Shown here piece by piece: positions 8,904 to 16,349 of a DNA stretch of 32,000 nt (positions are counted from its first letter, which is position 1; each line of letters starts with the position of its first letter). A program made the translations under genes and the position numbers. The notes beneath the pieces were generated by a model that did no database searches, had not been told where the DNA came from, and saw only the letters and a list, made by a program, of their open reading frames with translations. The stretch is from Acaryochloris thomasi RCC1774. Its GTDB lineage: Bacteria; Cyanobacteriota; Cyanobacteriia; Thermosynechococcales; Thermosynechococcaceae. The stretch covers positions 90,001 through 122,000 of the forward strand of contig NZ_PQWO01000006.1 of assembly GCF_003231495.1 (NCBI RefSeq), read 5' to 3'.

Positions 8904-10471
8904 CTGGACCCTGGGAAACGTTAGTGGCCACGGCTTTGATGGGAACCGATCGCCCAACCCCTGACCTGTCTGGTTTTGACGGGGCATTGGGGCAGTTTTT
9001 GGAAAAGCTCGATGCCAGTGATGCTGAAGGTTTGATGCTGAGTATGGGAGGTGCGATCGCAACCTATACCCAAGCCGGTATTCAAGCCGCCAAGCACAGT
9101 GGGCCGATACCAGAACCCTGTGGCCCAGAAGTCTTACCGCGCTGTAGCAGCCTCAGTCGCCAGCACCTACAGCAAATCCTCAACGGTCCTCGTCAGCGAA
9201 TCTTGCCCGAATTTCTGGCGTATTTGCACACAGCAGGACAGCGCATTCCAGAAGAGCATCTGCCATCACTGCTGAATCTTGGACGCCAGCAGTCTCATCT
9301 TCGAGATGCGATTCAATCGGTGATCGGCAAGCGGGGACGTTGGCTGGCGGCTCATAACCCAGACTGGCGCTACGTCAGTGAAGAGGTTGCCGTCGCAGAT
9401 CTAGAAACCCTGCAAGAAAGTTGGGACACCGGCACCCTTGCTACTCGACTCACGGTTCTCCGCACGTTGAGAGAAACGTCACCTATCCAAGGACAAACCC
9501 TTTTAGAATTATCCTGGAAGCAGGAGAAAGCCAAGGATCGCACTGAATTCCTGAAGCTGTTCTTCACGGGTCTTAGCCCAGAAGATGAGCCATTTTTAGA
9601 AGCTGCTCTCGACGATCGCAGTAAAGACGTGCGGACTGTCGCCGCCGCCTTACTCACTCGTCTACCCGATTCTCAGCTTTGCCAAAGGATGATCGAGCGC
9701 ATCAAACCGCTCATCGATATTCAATCATCTGCCGAAGATCTAACGCTAAAAATCAAACTCCCTGAAGATCCTGACCCTGCAGCGATTCGGGACGGCATTG
9801 TTGCCACTAAAATGTACCGATTGGGGCAGCGAGCCAGCCTTTTGATGCAGCTTATCGGCGCAGTGCCGCTCCAGTTCTGGTCAGATCAAGCCCCTGTGGA
9901 GCAATTGATTCAGGCGGCGGGTCAACACAAATGGCAGGCTGGATTACTCAAGGGATGGGAGATTGCAGCCCAACGGCAGAACAATGCTCAATGGGGCCAA
10001 TCGCTCATTCATCACGCTCTCACTCAGGAGACCACCGTAGAGCAAGACTTGACCGATCTGTTAGCCATCCTGCCGATCTCAGAACGGGAAGCCTTGATGG
10101 TGCAGTGGCTCAATCAGCTTTGGTCTTCGGCCAAGCGCGAAGTTTGGCGAACAACCGTCGCTACGATTGCTCGGTCTGACCACTCTCCCACACTGGGCTT
10201 TAGTCGCTTCCTGTTTGCTGGCTTACAGGCTGATTTTATTGAGATGCAGTCATCATCTCAGGCGAAGGATTATCCTTATCAGTTGCGTGCCTACATTAGC
10301 GATCTGGCCTACTACCTTGACCCGCAGGTGGTCACTGAGTCTGACCTGCTGAAGGCGGCTCTGGAAGCTGACGATATCCATGCCTACCGCCGGGAGATTA
10401 TCGATGACTGGCTAGAGATCATTAACTTCCGCTTTGCCGTTCAACAAGCCTTTGCCCATCCTGATTCTTGA
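8900..10471 (+). CDS. HEAT-like helical repeat protein, DUF5691-like
   Basis: 523-aa ORF overlapping the upstream SWIM gene by 4 nt. It contains a HEAT-type motif (LEAALDDRSKDVRTVAAALLTRLPDS). The family name is assigned from memory of the SWIM/DUF5691/MoxR gene order and was not searched. Confidence 0.65.
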   Translation: MTGPWETLVATALMGTDRPTPDLSGFDGALGQFLEKLDASDAEGLMLSMGGAIATYTQAGIQAAKHSGPIPEPCGPEVLPRCSSLSRQHLQQILNGPRQRILPEFLAYLHTAGQRIPEEHLPSLLNLGRQQSHLRDAIQSVIGKRGRWLAAHNPDWRYVSEEVAVADLETLQESWDTGTLATRLTVLRTLRETSPIQGQTLLELSWKQEKAKDRTEFLKLFFTGLSPEDEPFLEAALDDRSKDVRTVAAALLTRLPDSQLCQRMIERIKPLIDIQSSAEDLTLKIKLPEDPDPAAIRDGIVATKMYRLGQRASLLMQLIGAVPLQFWSDQAPVEQLIQAAGQHKWQAGLLKGWEIAAQRQNNAQWGQSLIHHALTQETTVEQDLTDLLAILPISEREALMVQWLNQLWSSAKREVWRTTVATIARSDHSPTLGFSRFLFAGLQADFIEMQSSSQAKDYPYQLRAYISDLAYYLDPQVVTESDLLKAALEADDIHAYRREIIDDWLEIINFRFAVQQAFAHPDS

Positions 10472-10489
10472 CCGGAGACTAAATCCACG

Positions 10490-11596
10490 ATGCCCGCCAA
10501 AACCAAAAAGCAAGCCACCGATGCGGTTTTACGCCAACATGCTGAACAGCAGTTTGCCCATGAACTTGAAGAGCTAGCGAAGGCCGATACGCGCCAGCGA
10601 CCGCCAAACTGGAAGCTTTCCCCCTGGGCGGTGGCAACTTATCTGCTGGGCGGAACCTTAGAGAATGGGTTTGAGGTGAGTCCGAAATACATTGGTAATC
10701 GGAGGCTGATGGAGATTGCGATCGCAACTCTAACCACCGACCGCGCCCTTCTTTTGTACGGCGTCCCCGGCACCGCTAAATCCTGGGTCTCTGAGCACTT
10801 AGCGGCAGCGATAACAGGCGACTCCACACTGTTAATTCAAGGCACCGCAGGCACCAGCGAAGAAGCAATCCGCTACGGCTGGAACTATGCTCAACTGCTT
10901 GCCAAAGGCCCATCGCCTGCCGCCGTGGTTCCCAGCCCCTTGATGAACGCAATGGAGCTAGGCAAGATCGCCAGGGTCGAAGAGCTGACCCGCATCCCTG
11001 CCGAAGTGCAGGACACGCTGATTACTGTTCTGTCGGAGAAGGCCCTCCCCATCCCTGAACTAGGCACCGAAGTCCAAGGGAATCAGGGCTTCAATGTAAT
11101 CGCCACCGCCAACAACCGCGACAAAGGCGTCAATGATTTATCCAGCGCCCTCAAGCGTCGCTTTAACACCGTTATCTTGCCCGTTCCCGGCACCGCCGCC
11201 GAAGAAGTCAATATCGTTCAGCAGCGAGTGGCATCGCTGGGGAAAGCTCTTGATTTACCGCCAGAAGCTCCAGCATTAGAAGAAATTCGGCGGGTGGTCA
11301 CGATCTTCAGAGAACTACGGAACGGTGCCACCGAAGACGGTAAGACGAAGCTTAAGTCTCCCAGCAGCACCCTCAGCCCCGCAGAGGCCATTTCAGTGGT
11401 CAATAGTGGTGTGGCTCTGGCGGTCCACTTTGGCGATGGCGCATTGCAGGCCAGCGATATGATGGCCGGTTTGGTTGGTGCCGTAGTCAAAGACCCGGTG
11501 CAGGACCAAGTGGTCTGGAAAGAGTACCTTGAAACCGTCGTCAAAGAACGAGAAGGCTGGAAAGATCTGTACCGAGCCAGTCGTGAAGTGCTGTGA
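10490..11596 (+). CDS. MoxR-like AAA+ ATPase (AAA_5 / dynein-related subfamily)
   Basis: Walker A LLLYGVPGTAKS. Walker B region IARVEELTRIPAEVQDTL, with E-E where MoxR has D-E. Sensor-1 VIATANNRD and Arg-finger region SALKRRF. The gene starts 18 nt after the previous gene, preceded by GGAGA. Confidence 0.85.
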   Translation: MPAKTKKQATDAVLRQHAEQQFAHELEELAKADTRQRPPNWKLSPWAVATYLLGGTLENGFEVSPKYIGNRRLMEIAIATLTTDRALLLYGVPGTAKSWVSEHLAAAITGDSTLLIQGTAGTSEEAIRYGWNYAQLLAKGPSPAAVVPSPLMNAMELGKIARVEELTRIPAEVQDTLITVLSEKALPIPELGTEVQGNQGFNVIATANNRDKGVNDLSSALKRRFNTVILPVPGTAAEEVNIVQQRVASLGKALDLPPEAPALEEIRRVVTIFRELRNGATEDGKTKLKSPSSTLSPAEAISVVNSGVALAVHFGDGALQASDMMAGLVGAVVKDPVQDQVVWKEYLETVVKEREGWKDLYRASREVL

Positions 11597-11676
11597 TGGC
11601 GGACGGGCTTCATGAAGCCAAGATCAAATCTCCAATGCTAGGTTCATTTTCGCCTCAGGCAGGACCTTTATTCTAA

Positions 11677-11715
11677 AAACACTGAGGTTAGAGAAGTTGC
11701 ACATCTTCAGTGTTT
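11677..11715 (+). other. Stem-loop downstream of the AAA+ gene (possible transcript-end or stabilising hairpin)
   Basis: AAACACTGAGG (11677-11687) pairs with CTTCAGTGTTT (11705-11715). That gives 11 bp with one G-U pair and a 17-nt loop. No T-tract follows. Confidence 0.3.
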
Positions 11716-11808
11716 GAAAGGCTCACAACTGATTCATTGCTCTTGGTGTGCATGTTGTCTGTCCCTGCTATTTGTTTAACAGATAGATATTGAGTTCAGG
11801 TAAATATT

Positions 11809-11955
11809 ATGGCCACTCGTATTAATCAAGCAACCGAAAAGTCCAACCCAGTTGCGCTAGAGAAGCAGGCTAACAGCGATCCTAAGGTTGAATATTGGGA
11901 TCAGTATTGCGGGCTACACGCTGAAAATGATGCCTGCCGTGTCTATGACGTTTAA
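11809..11955 (+). CDS. CP12 C-terminal-module mini-protein (48 aa), below the ORF-track length cutoff
   Basis: ATG 11809 to TAA 11953-11955 encodes MATRINQATEKSNPVALEKQANSDPKVEYWDQYCGLHAENDACRVYDV. The C-terminus (YC-x8-C-RVYD) matches the CP12 GAPDH-binding loop, as I recall it from Synechococcus CP12 (QQYCDDNPDAAECRIYDD). A terminator-like hairpin lies downstream. Confidence 0.6.
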   Translation: MATRINQATEKSNPVALEKQANSDPKVEYWDQYCGLHAENDACRVYDV

Positions 11956-12025
11956 TGCTTTGCGTAGTGCAGATTAGGATGCAAGATTCTTCTGGTCTGC
12001 GCTGCTTCAAATGATTCGCTAACTC

Positions 12026-12057
12026 AAAGACCCTCAATACTGAAGGTCTTTTTTTTG
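12026..12057 (+). terminator. Rho-independent terminator candidate
   Basis: AAAGACC (12026-12032) pairs with GGTCTTT (12045-12051) around a 12-nt loop, and the pairing runs into a T-tract ending at 12056. It lies 70 nt after the CP12-like stop. Confidence 0.5.
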
Positions 12058-12146
12058 CATCAGACTGATGCCGATCTACAAAAAGTGCTCTAGGAAGCTT
12101 ACGTAAATTTTGACTCTATTCCTAGTTATGGCTTTTTACGACTGTT

Positions 12147-12368
12147 TCAAGACGAATGAGGTAAGCCCACTCGATCCATAAAAGCGATCATCGCAGCATT
12201 GCTTTTTTCCCAAGCCTGGGGGTCGGTACTGGGGTCGTAGCGTCTACCCTCTGCAGCGCGACGCTTGAATTCTTCATAGAACAGCGGATCTTGGTGGCAA
12301 TATCCTTCCTCAAGCATTTCCCAGAATTCTTTCTCGGACAGATGTGTATAGTTGATGGCTTCAGACAT
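12147..12368 (-). CDS. Hypothetical small protein (73 aa), second gene of an overlapping pair
   Basis: ATG-initiated ORF whose start overlaps the stop of the upstream 96-aa ORF (ATGTCTGA, 8-nt overlap). The protein is acidic and helical. No motif recognised with confidence. Confidence 0.5.
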   Translation of the reverse strand: MSEAINYTHLSEKEFWEMLEEGYCHQDPLFYEEFKRRAAEGRRYDPSTDPQAWEKSNAAMIAFMDRVGLPHSS

Positions 12369-12651
12369 AGAACTGCCTCTCTAAAAATTCACCGTCAGAG
12401 TAAATGGTGTACCAGTAACGCCATTCGGGGTTTGTCCCTTGCTCAAATATAACGACTAGTTCCCCCCCTGGCAAAACGTCTATGAATCTCGCTTTCCATT
12501 GCTGAGGTAGCCGATATTGAAGAATCTCAAACAGCCGCTGGAGCTGAATGTTATTGGGTTGCATAGCAAAAATAGTGCAGTCTTGTGATGTCTCTGTGAG
12601 ATTGATAGCTACAATGTCACATTTAGTGCAATTTCCTTGCGGAAGAGCCAC
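12361..12651 (-). CDS. Hypothetical small protein (96 aa, or 67 aa from the internal Met), first gene of an overlapping pair
   Basis: ORF on the minus strand coupled to 12147..12368. An alternative start at MQPNNIQLQ would give a 67-aa product. Confidence 0.45.
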   Translation of the reverse strand: MALPQGNCTKCDIVAINLTETSQDCTIFAMQPNNIQLQRLFEILQYRLPQQWKARFIDVLPGGELVVIFEQGTNPEWRYWYTIYSDGEFLERQFYV

Positions 12652-12813
12652 CCGATGCAGAAGATGTCCTTTAATTATTGGGGTATCCTACCTTGACTCT
12701 GCTGAGGCCATAATTTTAAAAACTTTCGGAATTCAGATCTCACTAGAAGATTTACTGCCTGAAGCGCAGTCAGAACTCACGGTAAGCTAGACCCTGATGA
12801 CTGTTTATCGGAG

Positions 12814-13563
12814 ATGCGATCGCAAGTGGCTACAATTCGGTGCCAAGACCAGAGCTTTACTGATATTGAAGCCGTTATTTTTGACAAAGACGGAACCCTT
12901 GCAGATGTAGCATCTTTTCTTAAAAGTTTGGCCCAGAAGCGCTCTCGCTTAACCGATGCTCAGGTTCCTGGTGTGCAGGAGCCGCTGTTGTTGGCCTTCG
13001 GTGTCGAAGAAGGACAGCTCAATCCAGCCGGACTGCAGGCTGTGGGCAGTCGGCGTGAGAATGAAATCGCTGCTGCCGCCTACATTGCAGAAACAGGAAA
13101 AAATTGGAACGCAGCCCTTGATATTGCTCAATCAGCCTTTGCTGAAGCTGACAGCTATCTTAAGCGTAAGGCTGACCATACCCCTCTGTTTCCAGGAACC
13201 CGTGAGGTTCTTCAGGCGTTGACTGCGGCGAAAGTCAAAATCGGCATTCTTTCAGCCGATATCCCCAAAAATATTGGTGATTTTATTGATTGCTACGAGC
13301 TAACATGCATTGACGCCTATCAAGGTGTAGAGGGCACAATCAGTAAGCCTGATCCACAACTCTATGAGCAATTGTGTACGCAACTAAAGGTTGCACCCGA
13401 GCGAACGCTGATGATTGGAGATGCTCAAGTCGATATGATTATGGCTCAATCAGCAGAAGCGGCGGGCTGTATTCAAGTCACCTGGGGCTGGCCTAACGCT
13501 AAATCTTATCCAGAAGCCCATGCTGTCATTGACCAGTGGCAGCATTTTCAGCTCGTGGCCTGA
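12814..13563 (+). CDS. HAD-superfamily hydrolase (phosphatase, subfamily IA-like)
   Basis: Motif I VIFDKDGTL (DxDGT) and motif IV MIGDAQVDMIMA, with a cap-domain insertion between them. Confidence 0.85.
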   Translation: MRSQVATIRCQDQSFTDIEAVIFDKDGTLADVASFLKSLAQKRSRLTDAQVPGVQEPLLLAFGVEEGQLNPAGLQAVGSRRENEIAAAAYIAETGKNWNAALDIAQSAFAEADSYLKRKADHTPLFPGTREVLQALTAAKVKIGILSADIPKNIGDFIDCYELTCIDAYQGVEGTISKPDPQLYEQLCTQLKVAPERTLMIGDAQVDMIMAQSAEAAGCIQVTWGWPNAKSYPEAHAVIDQWQHFQLVA

Positions 13564-13666
13564 ACCAAATGACTTGATTGTCGTCACGGTATCCTCAGTG
13601 GCGCAGTATCTGGATGCTATAATCGCTTGAATTTAGTGCCGTCTGCTGACTCGACCTACATGGAGG

Positions 13667-14938
13667 GTGAATACCTTGTCGAAACGTTATCTCTTCACTT
13701 CAGAATCTGTCACGGAAGGCCATCCTGATAAGGTCTGCGATCAAATTTCTGACACAATTTTAGATGCACTGCTCGCTCAGGATCCGATGAGCCGAGTCGC
13801 AGCGGAAACGGTGGTGAACACAGGTTTAGTTTTAGTCACCGGGGAAGTCACAACCAAAGCTGACGTCAACTTCGTTAAGTTAGTGCGTGAGAAGATCACT
13901 GAAATTGGCTACACCGACTCAGACAACGGCTTTGCCGCCAATAGCTGTTCTGTTTTAATTGCGCTTGATGAGCAGTCCCCAGATATCGCCCAGGGGGTCG
14001 ATGCAGCGCAAGAAACCCGCGAACAGAAAAGCGACGAAGAGCTTGATTCCATCGGTGCAGGCGACCAGGGGCTCATGTTTGGCTATGCCTGTAATGAAAC
14101 ACCAGAATTGATGCCGTTGCCCATCAGCTTAGCCCACCGCATTACGCGCCAATTAGCGGCTGTTCGCAAGCAAGGCAAGCTTCCCTACTTACGTCCTGAT
14201 GGCAAGTCTCAAGTGAGCGTCGCTTACGAAGATGGACAGCCCGTCGGAATTGATACGATTCTCATTTCGACTCAGCATGACGCCACAATTGAAGAGATTC
14301 GTGAACCCAGCGCAGTGCGAGATCGCATCCAGGCTGATCTTTGGGAGCATGTGGTGCTGCCGATTTTTGCTGATCTAGATCTAAAGCCTGATGACGATAC
14401 CCGCTACCTTGTCAATCCCACCGGCCAGTTCGTGATTGGCGGTCCCCAAGGAGATGCGGGACTCACCGGGCGCAAAATTATTGTGGATACTTACGGCGGC
14501 TACTCTCGCCACGGCGGCGGTGCCTTCTCCGGCAAAGATCCCACGAAGGTTGATCGCAGTGCCGCCTACGCCAGTCGCTATGTCGCTAAAAATATTGTCG
14601 CGGCCGGGTTGGCCGATAAGTGTGAAGTGCAGGTGAGCTACGCCATCGGAGTTGCTCGTCCTACCAGTATTCTGATTGAAACTTTTGGCACTGGCAAGGT
14701 GGATGAAGAACGGCTGCTAGAGGTTGTGCAAACGCATTTTGACCTCCGGCCTGCGGGGTTAATTCAGGCGTTTGATTTAACCCATCTTCCTCAGGAACGA
14801 GGGGGACGGTTCTATCAAGATGTTGCGGCCTATGGTCACTTCGGTCGCGCCGACCTTGATTTACCTTGGGAGAAAACAGATAAAGCTGACGCTTTGAAGC
14901 AGGCTCTCAGTCCAGCGATGGCAGGGGCTGCAGGGTAA
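13667..14938 (+). CDS. metK: S-adenosylmethionine synthetase
   Basis: [34 protein letters not shown] and [19 protein letters not shown] are diagnostic. The ORF track starts at GTG 13667. TTG 13676 ([11 protein letters not shown]), about 8 nt after GGAGGG, is an equally plausible start. Confidence 0.97.
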   Translation: MNTLSKRYLFTSESVTEGHPDKVCDQISDTILDALLAQDPMSRVAAETVVNTGLVLVTGEVTTKADVNFVKLVREKITEIGYTDSDNGFAANSCSVLIALDEQSPDIAQGVDAAQETREQKSDEELDSIGAGDQGLMFGYACNETPELMPLPISLAHRITRQLAAVRKQGKLPYLRPDGKSQVSVAYEDGQPVGIDTILISTQHDATIEEIREPSAVRDRIQADLWEHVVLPIFADLDLKPDDDTRYLVNPTGQFVIGGPQGDAGLTGRKIIVDTYGGYSRHGGGAFSGKDPTKVDRSAAYASRYVAKNIVAAGLADKCEVQVSYAIGVARPTSILIETFGTGKVDEERLLEVVQTHFDLRPAGLIQAFDLTHLPQERGGRFYQDVAAYGHFGRADLDLPWEKTDKADALKQALSPAMAGAAG

Positions 14939-15017
14939 GTCGCCTTAGCTTCTCTTCAGTTCGAGGCAGATTCCTTCTTTCTTTAATGTGAAGTGAGGTA
15001 GGTTTGCCATAATGTAA

Positions 15018-15503
15018 ATGTTGGCTCTGAAGAGAGGCTACAGCATGACCTCGCTAGTTATACCAAAGTTTGAGGCCAAGCAAGTGGGGCAAGTCATTGC
15101 CACAATCAAGGTTGCAAACCGGATTGATCAAGTTATGGCTGAGCGAGGGTTTATCTCTACAGCCGAGGTTCGTTCATTCGTTTTGAATGATGTTCTGGTC
15201 GATACTGGAGCGACATTGCTCGGCCTACCAACCCCCGTTATTGAATCACTGGGACTCGTTCGGGGTAGCTCTACTGGTGTTGAAACAACCGCCGGAATTC
15301 AGCAGGGTTGGATTTTTCGAGATGTTGATCTAGAAATTTCAGGTCGTCGAGGAACCTTTGATTGTCTAGAACTCACAAATGTTAACTATGCTCTTTTGGG
15401 TGTTACGCCGATGGAAATTTTGGGATTGGAGCCAGATTTCCAAAACCAGAAGCTGCGAGTGTTGCCGATGACTTCTGAGCAGACTTACCTCAGTGTTCTG
15501 TAG
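15018..15503 (+). CDS. Clan AA (retropepsin-like) aspartic protease
   Basis: Active-site motif VLVDTGATLLGLP within a protein of about 150 aa, typical of bacterial retropepsin-like proteins. An alternative start is at ATG 15045. Confidence 0.7.
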   Translation: MLALKRGYSMTSLVIPKFEAKQVGQVIATIKVANRIDQVMAERGFISTAEVRSFVLNDVLVDTGATLLGLPTPVIESLGLVRGSSTGVETTAGIQQGWIFRDVDLEISGRRGTFDCLELTNVNYALLGVTPMEILGLEPDFQNQKLRVLPMTSEQTYLSVL

Positions 15504-15506
15504 GTA

Positions 15507-15944
15507 ATGTCTCTTGTTTTCACGCGACGGCTATCGGCTAGAGAACGTAAGGCTGATTTAGTCCTGTCGCTCACGGCAGAAGAGCGGATGCGATCGCGTT
15601 TTCCCTTTGCAACAGATGACGGAACTCAACTCCACCTCCAGCTCCCTAGGGGAACCGTGTTGAGAGATGGCGATCTACTAGAAGCTGAGGCAGACGGAAC
15701 TGTGCTGCAGATTTTGGCTAAGTCTGAATCAGTTTTGGTTGTCCGAGCCAATAGTCCTCATGAATTACTACAGGCTGCCTATCATTTAGGGAACCGGCAT
15801 GTCGCCCTTGAAATTACTCCCACCTGCCTACGGCTGTTACCCGACCCGGTTCTACAGAAGATGTTGAACCGGCTGCAGCTAGATGTCACGCTAGAGAATC
15901 GTCCCTTTCAGCCAGAGACCGGAGCCTACAGCCATCATCATTAG
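15507..15944 (+). CDS. ureE: Urease accessory (nickel metallochaperone) protein UreE
   Basis: Conserved AAYHLGNRHVALEI motif and a His-rich C-terminus (YSHHH). Starts 4 nt after the protease gene. Confidence 0.85.
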   Translation: MSLVFTRRLSARERKADLVLSLTAEERMRSRFPFATDDGTQLHLQLPRGTVLRDGDLLEAEADGTVLQILAKSESVLVVRANSPHELLQAAYHLGNRHVALEITPTCLRLLPDPVLQKMLNRLQLDVTLENRPFQPETGAYSHHH

Positions 15945-16349
15945 CAGCGATGGTGCAACAAAATGGGCACTCTATAAATATCCCTAGAACACCAACTTTC
16001 ATCAAGCCTTCTTGGCTTGTGGCTGAGGCTCAGCTGTATATGGACTGCGGCCCTCTGCATAGGTCAATGAACCACCCTGGCCTAAGCGACTCAATCAGCC
16101 TTCACCTACGACAATTCAGTCCAATAGCGAGACCGCTCCTGCTTCTCCGTTAAGAGATGCGGGTCGATTAAAGACGCCTCTTCACGGGATGTTGAAGAAT
16201 CTGATGACTCAGGTCATAGATGCCTAAGTCAAAGTGCATTCGCTGGTCAAAATAGCAATATCCGGCTGAGTTAGGACAACCTTACCGTGAGTGAGTTTTA
16301 GCCACTTTCGTGCCCTAATCAATCCGTATGTCGCTGTATACATAGACCT

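Noticed and set aside
13564-13666. Possible SAM riboswitch or promoter upstream of metK (TATAAT at 13618-13623)
   Set aside because: I could find no conserved SAM-riboswitch helices by eye, and there is no suitably spaced -35 element. The hexamer alone is insufficient evidence.
15950-16153. 67-aa plus-strand ORF after ureE
   Set aside because: No motif, odd composition and no ribosome-binding context. It is most likely non-coding DNA between ureE and the repeat-protein gene.
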